Source: the human T2T-CHM13v2.0 reference genome, Homo sapiens
NCBI RefSeq assembly: GCF_009914755.1
Contig: NC_060930.1
DNA length: 64,000 nt
Direction: 5' to 3' (one strand)
A program made the position numbers and the translations under genes. The notes under the pieces are model-generated. The model ran no database searches and was not told the origin of the DNA. It saw only the letters and a list, made by a program, of their open reading frames with translations. Shown here piece by piece: positions 25,901 through 40,900 of this stretch (the stretch's first letter is position 1; each line of letters opens with the position of its first letter).

Positions 25901-28900
25901 TTCTTTTGATAGAGCGTTTCTGAAACACCCTTCTTGTAGTAGCTGCAAGTGGATATTTGGACCTATTGGAGGCCTTCTTTGGAAATGGGATTTCTTCATG
26001 TAACTCTAGATTGAAGAGTTCTCAGAAACTCCTTTGTGATGTGTGCATTCAATTCAAAGAGTGAAACCTCCCTTTTCACAGAGCAGTTTTGAAACACTGT
26101 TTTTGTAGGATTTCCAAGGGGATATTTATAGCGCATTGAGCCTACGGCGGAAAAAGAAACATCTTCCTATAAAAACTAGACAGAATACTTCTCAGAATCT
26201 GCTTTGCGATGTGTGCGTTCAACTCACAGAGTAAAACTTTTCTTTTGATAGAGCAGTTTTGAAACACTCTTTTTGTAGTATTTGCATGTGTATATTTAGA
26301 GCGCATTGAAGCCCACAGTAGAAAAGGAAATAACTTCACCTAAAACCTAGACAGAAGCAATCTCAGAAACTACTTTGTGATGTGTACATTCAACTCACAG
26401 AGTGGAACTTTCCTCTTTATAGAGCAGTGTTGAAACACTCTTTTTGTAGAAACTGCAAGTGGATATTTGGACCTCTTTGAGGCCTTCGTTGGAAACGGGA
26501 TTTCTTCCTATAACCCTAGACAGAAGAATTTTCAGAAACCTCATTGTGATGTGTGCGTTCATCTCACAGAGTGGAGTCTTCCGTTTGATAGAGAAGTTTT
26601 GAAACCCTGTTCTTGTAGGATTTCCAAGTGGATATTTAGACCACTTTGAAGCCTATGATAGAAAAGGAAACATCTTCATGGAAAACATAGATAGAATCAT
26701 CCTCAGAAACAACTTTGTGATGTGTGCGTTGAACTCACCGTCTTTAACCTTTCTTTTGGTAGAGAAGTTTTGAAACACTCTCTTTGTAAAGTCTACAAGT
26801 GGATATTTTGAGCCCTTGGAGGCATTCTTTGGAAAAGGGAATGTCTTCACATAAAAGGCAGACGGAAGTGTTCTCAGAAACTGCTTTGTGATGTCTGTGT
26901 TCAACTCACAGAGTTTAACATTTCCTTTGATAGAGCGGTTTAGTAACCCTCTCTTTGTAGAATTTGGAAGTGTATACTAAGAGCGCTTTGAGGCCTATGG
27001 TAGAAAAGGAAATATCTTTCCATAAAAGCTAGACAGAAGCAATCTCAGAAACTCCTTTGCGATGTCTGCATTCAACTCACCGAGTGGAACATTCCTCTTG
27101 AGAGAGCAGTTTGGAAACACTCTTTCTGTAGAATCAGCTTGTTTGTATTTGGACCTCCTTGAGGCCTTCGTTGGAAACGGGTTTTCATCTTATAAACCCA
27201 GACAGAAGAATTCTCAGAGTCTTCTTTGTGATGTGTGCTTTCAACTCACCGAGATAAAGATTTCTCTTGATAGAGCAATTTGGAAACACTCTTTTTGTAG
27301 AATTTGCAAGGGTACATTGAGAGCGCTTTCAGGCCTATGGTAGAAAAGGGAATATCTTTCCATAAAAGGTAGACAGAAGCAATCTCAGAAACTACTTTGT
27401 GATGTGTGCATTCAACTCACCGAGTGCAACGTTCCTCTTGACCGAGCAGTTTGGAAACATTGTTTCTGTAGAATCTGCAAGTGGATATTTGGACCTCTTT
27501 GAGGCCTTCGTTGGAAACGGGATTTCTTCCTATAAACCCAGACAGAAGAATTCTCAGAGACTTCTTTGTGATGTGTGAATTCAACTCACAGTGTGGATCC
27601 TTCCTTTTGATAGAGCAGTTTTGAAACCCTGTTTTTGTAGTATTTCCAAGCGGATATTCGGAACGCCTTGAAGCGTATGGTAGAAAAGGAAATATCTTCC
27701 CATAAAACCTAGACAGAACCAATCTCAGAAACGACTTTGTGATGTCTGCATTCAAGTCACAGAGTTGAACATTTCTCTTGATAGAGCAGTTTTGAAACCC
27801 TCTTTCTGAAGGATCTGCAAGTGGATATTTGGAACTCCTTTGGGTCTTCGTTGGAAACGGGATTTCTTCGTATAAATCTAGACAGAAGAATTCTCCGAAA
27901 CTTCTTTGGTTGTGTGCATTCAAGTCACAGAGTGGAACCTTCCTTTGGATAGAGCAGTTTGAAACGCCGTGGTTGTAGTATTTCCAAGCGGATATTAGAG
28001 CGCCTTGAGGCCTATGGTAGAAAAGGAAATATCTTCCCATAAAACCTAGACGGAAGCAATCTCAGAAACTACTGTGTGATGGCTGCATTCCACACACACG
28101 GTGGAACATTTCTCTTGATAGAGCAGTTTTGAAACACTCTTTCTGTAGAATCTGCAAGTGGATAATTGGACCGCCTTGAGGCCTTCGTTGGAAACGGGAT
28201 TTCTTCATGTTACTCTAGATAGAAGAATTCTCAAACACTGCTATGTGATGTTTGCATTCAAGTCACAGAGTGCAACATTCCTCTTGGTAGAGCAGTTGGG
28301 AAACACTCCTTTTGTAGAATCTGCAATGGGATATTTGGACTTCTTTGAGGCCTTCGTTGGAAACGGGATTTCTTCGTATGAATCTAGACAGAAGAATTCT
28401 CAGAAACTTCCTTGTGATGTGTGCATTCAACTCAGCGAGTGGCACCTTCCTTTGGATACAGCAGTTTTGAAACACTGTTTTTGTAGTATTTCCAAGCGGA
28501 TATTTAGAGCGCCTTGAAGCCTATGCTAGAAATGGAAATATCTCCCCATAAAACCAAGACAGAAGCAATCTCAGAAACTAATGTGTGATGGCTGCATTCC
28601 ACACACACGGTGGACCATTTCTCTTGATAGAGCAGTTTTGAAACACTCTTTCTGTAGAATCTGCAAGTGGATAATTGGACCTCCTAGAGGCCTTCGTTGG
28701 AAACGGGATTTCTTCATCTAAACCTACAGAGAAGAATTCTCAGTAACTTCTTCGGATGTGTGCATTCGACGCACAGAATGGAACATTCCCTTTGATAGAG
28801 CAGTTTTGAGACACCGTTTTTGTAGAATTCCCAAGTGGATATTTAGAGCACTTTGAAGTCTCTGCTAGAAAAGGAAACATCTTCATGTAAAAAGTAGATA

Positions 28901-31900
28901 GAATCGTTCTCAGAAAGTGCTTAGTGACGTGTGCGTTCAACTCACAGAGTTTAACGTTTCTTTTGATAGAGCGTTTCTGAAACACCCTTCTTGTAGTAGC
29001 TGCAAGTGGATATTTGGACCTATTGGAGGCCTTCTTTGGAAATGGGATTTCTTCATGTAACTCTAGATTGAAGAGTTCTCAGAAACTCCTTTGTGATGTG
29101 TGCATTCAATTCAAAGAGTGAAACCTCCCTTTTCACAGAGCAGTTTTGAAACACTGTTTTTGTAGGATTTCCAAGGGGATATTTATAGCGCATTGAGCCT
29201 ACGGCGGAAAAAGAAACATCTTCCTATAAAAACTAGACAGAATACTTCTCAGAATCTGCTTTGCGATGTGTGCGTTCAACTCACAGAGTAAAACTTTTCT
29301 TTTGATAGAGCAGTTTTGAAACACTCTTTTTGTAGTATTTGCATGTGTATATTTAGAGCGCATTGAAGCCCACAGTAGAAAAGGAAATAACTTCACCTAA
29401 AACCTAGACAGAAGCAATCTCAGAAACTACTTTGTGATGTGTACATTCAACTCACAGAGTGGAACTTTCCTCTTTATAGAGCAGTGTTGAAACACTCTTT
29501 TTGTAGAAACTGCAAGTGGATATTTGGACCTCTTTGAGGCCTTCGTTGGAAACGGGATTTCTTCCTATAACCCTAGACAGAAGAATTTTCAGAAACCTCA
29601 TTGTGATGTGTGCGTTCATCTCACAGAGTGGAGTCTTCCGTTTGATAGAGAAGTTTTGAAACCCTGTTCTTGTAGGATTTCCAAGTGGATATTTAGACCA
29701 CTTTGAAGCCTATGATAGAAAAGGAAACATCTTCATGGAAAACATAGATAGAATCATCCTCAGAAACAACTTTGTGATGTGTGCGTTGAACTCACCGTCT
29801 TTAACCTTTCTTTTGGTAGAGAAGTTTTGAAACACTCTCTTTGTAAAGTCTACAAGTGGATATTTTGAGCCCTTGGAGGCATTCTTTGGAAAAGGGAATG
29901 TCTTCACATAAAAGGCAGACGGAAGTGTTCTCAGAAACTGCTTTGTGATGTCTGTGTTCAACTCACAGAGTTTAACATTTCCTTTGATAGAGCGGTTTAG
30001 TAACCCTCTCTTTGTAGAATTTGGAAGTGTATACTAAGAGCGCTTTGAGGCCTATGGTAGAAAAGGAAATATCTTTCCATAAAAGCTAGACAGAAGCAAT
30101 CTCAGAAACTCCTTTGCGATGTCTGCATTCAACTCACCGAGTGGAACATTCCTCTTGAGAGAGCAGTTTGGAAACACTCTTTCTGTAGAATCAGCTTGTT
30201 TGTATTTGGACCTCCTTGAGGCCTTCGTTGGAAACGGGTTTTCATCTTATAAACCCAGACAGAAGAATTCTCAGAGTCTTCTTTGTGATGTGTGCTTTCA
30301 ACTCACCGAGATAAAGATTTCTCTTGATAGAGCAATTTGGAAACACTCTTTTTGTAGAATTTGCAAGGGTACATTGAGAGCGCTTTCAGGCCTATGGTAG
30401 AAAAGGGAATATCTTTCCATAAAAGGTAGACAGAAGCAATCTCAGAAACTACTTTGTGATGTGTGCATTCAACTCACCGAGTGCAACGTTCCTCTTGACC
30501 GAGCAGTTTGGAAACATTGTTTCTGTAGAATCTGCAAGTGGATATTTGGACCTCTTTGAGGCCTTCGTTGGAAACGGGATTTCTTCCTATAAACCCAGAC
30601 AGAAGAATTCTCAGAGACTTCTTTGTGATGTGTGAATTCAACTCACAGTGTGGATCCTTCCTTTTGATAGAGCAGTTTTGAAACCCTGTTTTTGTAGTAT
30701 TTCCAAGCGGATATTCGGAACGCCTTGAAGCGTATGGTAGAAAAGGAAATATCTTCCCATAAAACCTAGACAGAACCAATCTCAGAAACGACTTTGTGAT
30801 GTCTGCATTCAAGTCACAGAGTTGAACATTTCTCTTGATAGAGCAGTTTTGAAACCCTCTTTCTGAAGGATCTGCAAGTGGATATTTGGAACTCCTTTGG
30901 GTCTTCGTTGGAAACGGGATTTCTTCGTATAAATCTAGACAGAAGAATTCTCCGAAACTTCTTTGGTTGTGTGCATTCAAGTCACAGAGTGGAACCTTCC
31001 TTTGGATAGAGCAGTTTGAAACGCCGTGGTTGTAGTATTTCCAAGCGGATATTAGAGCGCCTTGAGGCCTATGGTAGAAAAGGAAATATCTTCCCATAAA
31101 ACCTAGACGGAAGCAATCTCAGAAACTACTGTGTGATGGCTGCATTCCACACACACGGTGGAACATTTCTCTTGATAGAGCAGTTTTGAAACACTCTTTC
31201 TGTAGAATCTGCAAGTGGATAATTGGACCGCCTTGAGGCCTTCGTTGGAAACGGGATTTCTTCATGTTACTCTAGATAGAAGAATTCTCAAACACTGCTA
31301 TGTGATGTTTGCATTCAAGTCACAGAGTGCAACATTCCTCTTGGTAGAGCAGTTGGGAAACACTCCTTTTGTAGAATCTGCAATGGGATATTTGGACTTC
31401 TTTGAGGCCTTCGTTGGAAACGGGATTTCTTCGTATGAATCTAGACAGAAGAATTCTCAGAAACTTCCTTGTGATGTGTGCATTCAACTCAGCGAGTGGC
31501 ACCTTCCTTTGGATACAGCAGTTTTGAAACACTGTTTTTGTAGTATTTCCAAGCGGATATTTAGAGCGCCTTGAAGCCTATGCTAGAAATGGAAATATCT
31601 CCCCATAAAACCAAGACAGAAGCAATCTCAGAAACTAATGTGTGATGGCTGCATTCCACACACACGGTGGACCATTTCTCTTGATAGAGCAGTTTTGAAA
31701 CACTCTTTCTGTAGAATCTGCAAGTGGATAATTGGACCTCCTAGAGGCCTTCGTTGGAAACGGGATTTCTTCATCTAAACCTACAGAGAAGAATTCTCAG
31801 TAACTTCTTCGGATGTGTGCATTCGACGCACAGAATGGAACATTCCCTTTGATAGAGCAGTTTTGAGACACCGTTTTTGTAGAATTCCCAAGTGGATATT

Positions 31901-34900
31901 TAGAGCACTTTGAAGTCTCTGCTAGAAAAGGAAACATCTTCATGTAAAAAGTAGATAGAATCGTTCTCAGAAAGTGCTTAGTGACGTGTGCGTTCAACTC
32001 ACAGAGTTTAACGTTTCTTTTGATAGAGCGTTTCTGAAACACCCTTCTTGTAGTAGCTGCAAGTGGATATTTGGACCTATTGGAGGCCTTCTTTGGAAAT
32101 GGGATTTCTTCATGTAACTCTAGATTGAAGAGTTCTCAGAAACTCCTTTGTGATGTGTGCATTCAATTCAAAGAGTGAAACCTCCCTTTTCACAGAGCAG
32201 TTTTGAAACACTGTTTTTGTAGGATTTCCAAGGGGATATTTATAGCGCATTGAGCCTACGGCGGAAAAAGAAACATCTTCCTATAAAAACTAGACAGAAT
32301 ACTTCTCAGAATCTGCTTTGCGATGTGTGCGTTCAACTCACAGAGTAAAACTTTTCTTTTGATAGAGCAGTTTTGAAACACTCTTTTTGTAGTATTTGCA
32401 TGTGTATATTTAGAGCGCATTGAAGCCCACAGTAGAAAAGGAAATAACTTCACCTAAAACCTAGACAGAAGCAATCTCAGAAACTACTTTGTGATGTGTA
32501 CATTCAACTCACAGAGTGGAACTTTCCTCTTTATAGAGCAGTGTTGAAACACTCTTTTTGTAGAAACTGCAAGTGGATATTTGGACCTCTTTGAGGCCTT
32601 CGTTGGAAACGGGATTTCTTCCTATAACCCTAGACAGAAGAATTTTCAGAAACCTCATTGTGATGTGTGCGTTCATCTCACAGAGTGGAGTCTTCCGTTT
32701 GATAGAGAAGTTTTGAAACCCTGTTCTTGTAGGATTTCCAAGTGGATATTTAGACCACTTTGAAGCCTATGATAGAAAAGGAAACATCTTCATGGAAAAC
32801 ATAGATAGAATCATCCTCAGAAACAACTTTGTGATGTGTGCGTTGAACTCACCGTCTTTAACCTTTCTTTTGGTAGAGAAGTTTTGAAACACTCTCTTTG
32901 TAAAGTCTACAAGTGGATATTTTGAGCCCTTGGAGGCATTCTTTGGAAAAGGGAATGTCTTCACATAAAAGGCAGACGGAAGTGTTCTCAGAAACTGCTT
33001 TGTGATGTCTGTGTTCAACTCACAGAGTTTAACATTTCCTTTGATAGAGCGGTTTAGTAACCCTCTCTTTGTAGAATTTGGAAGTGTATACTAAGAGCGC
33101 TTTGAGGCCTATGGTAGAAAAGGAAATATCTTTCCATAAAAGCTAGACAGAAGCAATCTCAGAAACTCCTTTGCGATGTCTGCATTCAACTCACCGAGTG
33201 GAACATTCCTCTTGAGAGAGCAGTTTGGAAACACTCTTTCTGTAGAATCAGCTTGTTTGTATTTGGACCTCCTTGAGGCCTTCGTTGGAAACGGGTTTTC
33301 ATCTTATAAACCCAGACAGAAGAATTCTCAGAGTCTTCTTTGTGATGTGTGCTTTCAACTCACCGAGATAAAGATTTCTCTTGATAGAGCAATTTGGAAA
33401 CACTCTTTTTGTAGAATTTGCAAGGGTACATTGAGAGCGCTTTCAGGCCTATGGTAGAAAAGGGAATATCTTTCCATAAAAGGTAGACAGAAGCAATCTC
33501 AGAAACTACTTTGTGATGTGTGCATTCAACTCACCGAGTGCAACGTTCCTCTTGACCGAGCAGTTTGGAAACATTGTTTCTGTAGAATCTGCAAGTGGAT
33601 ATTTGGACCTCTTTGAGGCCTTCGTTGGAAACGGGATTTCTTCCTATAAACCCAGACAGAAGAATTCTCAGAGACTTCTTTGTGATGTGTGAATTCAACT
33701 CACAGTGTGGATCCTTCCTTTTGATAGAGCAGTTTTGAAACCCTGTTTTTGTAGTATTTCCAAGCGGATATTTGGAACGCCTTGAAGCGTATGGTAGAAA
33801 AGGAAATATCTTCCCATAAAACCTAGACAGAACCAATCTCAGAAACGACTTTGTGATGTCTGCATTCAAGTCACAGAGTTGAACATTTCTCTTGATAGAG
33901 CAGTTTTGAAACCCTCTTTCTGAAGGATCTGCAAGTGGATATTTGGAACTCCTTTGGGTCTTCGTTGGAAACGGGATTTCTTCGTATAAATCTAGACAGA
34001 AGAATTCTCCGAAACTTCTTTGGTTGTGTGCATTCAAGTCACAGAGTGGAACCTTCCTTTGGATAGAGCAGTTTGAAACGCCGTGGTTGTAGTATTTCCA
34101 AGCGGATATTAGAGCGCCTTGAGGCCTATGGTAGAAAAGGAAATATCTTCCCATAAAACCTAGACGGAAGCAATCTCAGAAACTACTGTGTGATGGCTGC
34201 ATTCCACACACACGGTGGAACATTTCTCTTGATAGAGCAGTTTTGAAACACTCTTTCTGTAGAATCTGCAAGTGGATAATTGGACCGCCTTGAGGCCTTC
34301 GTTGGAAACGGGATTTCTTCATGTTACTCTAGATAGAAGAATTCTCAAACACTGCTATGTGATGTTTGCATTCAAGTCACAGAGTGCAACATTCCTCTTG
34401 GTAGAGCAGTTGGGAAACACTCCTTTTGTAGAATCTGCAATGGGATATTTGGACTTCTTTGAGGCCTTCGTTGGAAACGGGATTTCTTCGTATGAATCTA
34501 GACAGAAGAATTCTCAGAAACTTCCTTGTGATGTGTGCATTCAACTCAGCGAGTGGCACCTTCCTTTGGATACAGCAGTTTTGAAACACTGTTTTTGTAG
34601 TATTTCCAAGCGGATATTTAGAGCGCCTTGAAGCCTATGCTAGAAATGGAAATATCTCCCCATAAAACCAAGACAGAAGCAATCTCAGAAACTAATGTGT
34701 GATGGCTGCATTCCACACACACGGTGGACCATTTCTCTTGATAGAGCAGTTTTGAAACACTCTTTCTGTAGAATCTGCAAGTGGATAATTGGACCTCCTA
34801 GAGGCCTTCGTTGGAAACGGGATTTCTTCATCTAAACCTACAGAGAAGAATTCTCAGTAACTTCTTCGGATGTGTGCATTCGACGCACAGAATGGAACAT

Positions 34901-37900
34901 TCCCTTTGATAGAGCAGTTTTGAGACACCGTTTTTGTAGAATTCCCAAGTGGATATTTAGAGCACTTTGAAGTCTCTGCTAGAAAAGGAAACATCTTCAT
35001 GTAAAAAGTAGATAGAATCGTTCTCAGAAAGTGCTTAGTGTCGTGTGCGTTCAACTCACAGAGTTTAACGTTTCTTTTGATAGAGCGTTTCTGAAACACC
35101 CTTCTTGTAGTAGCTGCAAGTGGATATTTGGACCTATTGGAGGCCTTCTTTGGAAATGGGATTTCTTCATGTAACTCTAGATTGAAGAGTTCTCAGAAAC
35201 TCCTTTGTGATGTGTGCATTCAATTCAAAGAGTGAAACCTCCCTTTTCACAGAGCAGTTTTGAAACACTGTTTTTGTAGGATTTCCAAGGGGATATTTAT
35301 AGCGCATTGAGCCTACGGCGGAAAAAGAAACATCTTCCTATAAAAACTAGACAGAATACTTCTCAGAATCTGCTTTGCGATGTGTGCGTTCAACTCACAG
35401 AGTAAAACTTTTCTTTTGATAGAGCAGTTTTGAAACACTCTTTTTGTAGTATTTGCATGTGTATATTTAGAGCGCATTGAAGCCCACAGTAGAAAAGGAA
35501 ATAACTTCACCTAAAACCTAGACAGAAGCAATCTCAGAAACTACTTTGTGATGTGTACATTCAACTCACAGAGTGGAACTTTCCTCTTTATAGAGCAGTG
35601 TTGAAACACTCTTTTTGTAGAAACTGCAAGTGGATATTTGGACCTCTTTGAGGCCTTCGTTGGAAACGGGATTTCTTCCTATAACCCTAGACAGAAGAAT
35701 TTTCAGAAACCTCATTGTGATGTGTGCGTTCATCTCACAGAGTGGAGTCTTCCGTTTGATAGAGAAGTTTTGAAACCCTGTTCTTGTAGGATTTCCAAGT
35801 GGATATTTAGACCACTTTGAAGCCTATGATAGAAAAGGAAACATCTTCATGGAAAACATAGATAGAATCATCCTCAGAAACAACTTTGTGATGTGTGCGT
35901 TGAACTCACCGTCTTTAACCTTTCTTTTGGTAGAGAAGTTTTGAAACACTCTCTTTGTAAAGTCTACAAGTGGATATTTTGAGCCCTTGGAGGCATTCTT
36001 TGGAAAAGGGAATGTCTTCACATAAAAGGCAGACGGAAGTGTTCTCAGAAACTGCTTTGTGATGTCTGTGTTCAACTCACAGAGTTTAACATTTCCTTTG
36101 ATAGAGCGGTTTAGTAACCCTCTCTTTGTAGAATTTGGAAGTGTATACTAAGAGCGCTTTGAGGCCTATGGTAGAAAAGGAAATATCTTTCCATAAAAGC
36201 TAGACAGAAGCAATCTCAGAAACTCCTCTGTGATGTCTGCATTCAACTCACCGAGTGGAACATTCCTCTTGATAGAGCAGTTTGGAAACACTCTTTCTGT
36301 AGAATCAGCTTGTTTGTATTTGGACCTCCTTGAGGCCTTCGTTGGAAACGGGTTTTCATCTTATAAACCCAGACAGAAGAATTCTCAGAGTCTTCTTTGT
36401 GATGTGTGCTTTCAACTCACCGAGATAAAGATTTCTCTTGATAGAGCAATTTGGAAACACTCTTTTTGTAGAATTTGCAAGGGTACATTGAGAGCGCTTT
36501 CAGGCCTATGGTAGAAAAGGGAATATCTTTCCATAAAAGGTAGACAGAAGCAATCTCAGAAACTACTTTGTGATGTGTGCATTCAACTCACCGAGTGCAA
36601 CGTTCCTCTTGACCGAGCAGTTTGGAAACATTGTTTCTGTAGAATCTGCAAGTGGATATTTGGACCTCTTTGAGGCCTTCGTTGGAAACGGGATTTCTTC
36701 CTATAAACCCAGACAGAAGAATTCTCAGAGACTTCTTTGTGATGTGTGAATTCAACTCACAGTGTGGATCCTTCCTTTTGATAGAGCAGTTTTGAAACCC
36801 TGTTTTTGTAGTATTTCCAAGCGGATATTTGGAACGCCTTGAAGCGTATGGTAGAAAAGGAAATATCTTCCCATAAAACCTAGACAGAACCAATCTCAGA
36901 AACGACTTTGTGATGTCTGCATTCAAGTCACAGAGTTGAACATTTCTCTTGATAGAGCAGTTTTGAAACCCTCTTTCTGAAGGATCTGCAAGTGGATATT
37001 TGGAACTCCTTTGGGTCTTCGTTGGAAACGGGATTTCTTCGTATAAATCTAGACAGAAGAATTCTCCGAAACTTCTTTGGTTGTGTGCATTCAAGTCACA
37101 GAGTGGAACCTTCCTTTGGATAGAGCAGTTTGAAACGCCGTGGTTGTAGTATTTCCAAGCGGATATTAGAGCGCCTTGAGGCCTATGGTAGAAAAGGAAA
37201 TATCTTCCCATAAAACCTAGACGGAAGCAATCTCAGAAACTACTGTGTGATGGCTGCATTCCACACACACGGTGGAACATTTCTCTTGATAGAGCAGTTT
37301 TGAAACACTCTTTCTGTAGAATCTGCAAGTGGATAATTGGACCGCCTTGAGGCCTTCGTTGGAAAGGGGATTTCTTCATGTTACTCTAGATAGAAGAATT
37401 CTCAAACACTGCTATGTGATGTTTGCATTCAAGTCACAGAGTGCAACATTCCTCTTGGTAGAGCAGTTGGGAAACACTCCTTTTGTAGAATCTGCAATGG
37501 GATATTTGGACTTCTTTGAGGCCTTCGTTGGAAACGGGATTTCTTCGTATGAATCTAGACAGAAGAATTCTCAGAAACTTCCTTGTGATGTGTGCATTCA
37601 ACTCAGCGAGTGGCACCTTCCTTTGGATACAGCAGTTTTGAAACACTGTTTTTGTAGTATTTCCAAGCGGATATTTAGAGCGCCTTGAAGCCTATGCTAG
37701 AAATGGAAATATCTCCCCATAAAACCAAGACGGAAGCAATCTCAGAAACTAATGTGTGATGGCTGCATTCCACACACACGGTGGACCATTTCTCTTGATA
37801 GAGCAGTTTTGAAACACTCTTTCTGTAGAATCTGCAAGTGGATAATTGGACCTCCGAGAGGCCTTCGTTGGAAACGGGATTTCTTCATCTAAACCTACAG

Positions 37901-40900
37901 AGAAGAATTCTCAGTAACTTCTTCGGATGTGTGCATTCGACGCACAGAATGGAACATTCCCTTTGATAGAGCAGTTTTGAGACACCGTTTTTGTAGAATT
38001 CCCAAGTGGATATTTAGAGCACTTTGAAGTCTCTGCTAGAAAAGGAAACATCTTCATGTAAAAAGTAGATAGAATCGTTCTCAGAAAGTGCTTAGTGTCG
38101 TGTGCGTTCAACTCACAGAGTTTAACGTTTCTTTTGATAGAGCGTTTCTGAAACACCCTTCTTGTAGTAGCTGCAAGTGGATATTTGGACCTATTGGAGG
38201 CCTTCTTTGGAAATGGGATTTCTTCATGTAACTCTAGATTGAAGAATTCTCAGAAACTCCTTTGTGATGTGTGCATTCCATTCAAAGAGTGAAACCTCCC
38301 TTTTCACAGAGCAGTTTTGAAACACTGTTTTTGTAGGATTTCCAAGGGGATATTTATAGCGCATTGAGCCTACGGCGGAAAAAGAAACATCTTCCTATAA
38401 AAACTAGACAGAATACTTCTCAGAATCTGCTTTGCGATGTGTGCGTTCAACTCACAGAGTAAAACTTTTCTTTTGATAGAGCAGTTTTGAAACACTCTTT
38501 TTGTAGTATTTGCATGTGTATATTTAGAGCGCATTGAAGCCCACAGTAGAAAAGGAAATAACTTCACCTAAAACCTAGACAGAAGCAATCTCAGAAACTA
38601 CTTTGTGATGTGTACATTCAACTCACAGAGTGGAACTTTCCTCTTTATAGAGCAGTGTTGAAACACTCTTTTTGTAGAAACTGCAAGTGGATATTTGGAC
38701 CTCTTTGAGGCCTTCGTTGGAAACGGGATTTCTTCCTATAACCCTAGACAGAAGAATTTTCAGAAACCTCATTGTGATGTGTGCGTTCATCTCACAGAGT
38801 GGAGTCTTCCGTTTGATAGAGAAGTTTTGAAACCCTGTTCTTGTAGGATTTCCAAGTGGATATTTAGACCACTTTGAAGCCTATGATAGAAAAGGAAACA
38901 TCTTCATGGAAAACATAGATAGAATCATCCTCAGAAACAACTTTGTGATGTGTGCGTTGAACTCACCGTCTTTAACCTTTCTTTTGGTAGAGAAGTTTTG
39001 AAACACTCTCTTTGTAAAGTCTACAAGTGGATATTTTGAGCCCTTGGAGGCATTCTTTGGAAAAGGGAATGTCTTCACATAAAAGGCAGACGGAAGTGTT
39101 CTCAGAAACTGCTTTGTGATGTCTGTGTTCAACTCACAGAGTTTAACATTTCCTTTGATAGAGCGGTTTAGTAACCCTCTCTTTGTAGAATTTGGAAGTG
39201 TATACTAAGAGCGCTTTGAGGCCTATGGTAGAAAAGGAAATATCTTTCCATAAAAGCTAGACAGAAGCAATCTCAGAAACTCCTCTGTGATGTCTGCATT
39301 CAACTCACCGAGTGGAACATTCCTCTTGAGAGAGCAGTTTGGAAACACTCTTTCTGTAGAATCAGCTTGTTTGTATTTGGACCTCCTTGAGGCCTTCGTT
39401 GGAAACGGGTTTTCATCTTATAAACCCAGACAGAAGAATTCTCAGAGTCTTCTTTGTGATGTGTGCTTTCAACTCACCGAGATAAAGATTTCTCTTGATA
39501 GAGCAATTTGGAAACACTCTTTTTGTAGAATTTGCAAGGGTACATTGAGAGCGCTTTCAGGCCTATGGTAGAAAAGGGAATATCTTTCCATAAAAGGTAG
39601 ACAGAAGCAATCTCAGAAACTACTTTGTGATGTGTGCATTCAACTCACCGAGTGCAACGTTCCTCTTGACCGAGCAGTTTGGAAACATTGTTTCTGTAGA
39701 ATCTGCAAGTGGATATTTGGACCTCTTTGAGGCCTTCGTTGGAAACGGGATTTCTTCCTATAAACCCAGACAGAAGAATTCTCAGAGACTTCTTTGTGAT
39801 GTGTGAATTCAACTCACAGTGTGGATCCTTCCTTTTGATAGAGCAGTTTTGAAACCCTGTTTTTGTAGTATTTCCAAGCGGATATTTGGAACGCCTTGAA
39901 GCGTATGGTAGAAAAGGAAATATCTTCCCATAAAACCTAGACAGAACCAATCTCAGAAACGACTTTGTGATGTCTGCATTCAAGTCACAGAGTTGAACAT
40001 TTCTCTTGATAGAGCAGTTTTGAAACCCTCTTTCTGAAGGATCTGCAAGTGGATATTTGGAACTCCTTTGGGTCTTCGTTGGAAACGGGATTTCTTCGTA
40101 TAAATCTAGACAGAAGAATTCTCCGAAACTTCTTTGGTTGTGTGCATTCAAGTCACAGAGTGGAACCTTCCTTTGGATAGAGCAGTTTGAAACGCCGTGG
40201 TTGTAGTATTTCCAAGCGGATATTAGAGCGCCTTGAGGCCTATGGTAGAAAAGGAAATATCTTCCCATAAAACCTAGACGGAAGCAATCTCAGAAACTAC
40301 TGTGTGATGGCTGCATTCCACACACACGGTGGAACATTTCTCTTGATAGAGCAGTTTTGAAACACTCTTTCTGTAGAATCTGCAAGTGGATAATTGGACC
40401 GCCTTGAGGCCTTCGTTGGAAACGGGATTTCTTCATGTTACTCTAGATAGAAGAATTCTCAAACACTGCTATGTGATGTTTGCATTCAAGTCACAGAGTG
40501 CAACATTCCTCTTGGTAGAGCAGTTGGGAAACACTCCTTTTGTAGAATCTGCAATGGGATATTTGGACTTCTTTGAGGCCTTCGTTGGAAACGGGATTTC
40601 TTCGTATGAATCTAGACAGAAGAATTCTCAGAAACTTCCTTGTGATGTGTGCATTCAACTCAGCGAGTGGCACCTTCCTTTGGATACAGCAGTTTTGAAA
40701 CACTGTTTTTGTAGTATTTCCAAGCGGATATTTAGAGCGCCTTGAAGCCTATGCTAGAAATGGAAATATCTCCCCATAAAACCAAGACGGAAGCAATCTC
40801 AGAAACTAATGTGTGATGGCTGCATTCCACACACACGGTGGACCATTTCTCTTGATAGAGCAGTTTTGAAACACTCTTTCTGTAGAATCTGCAAGTGGAT

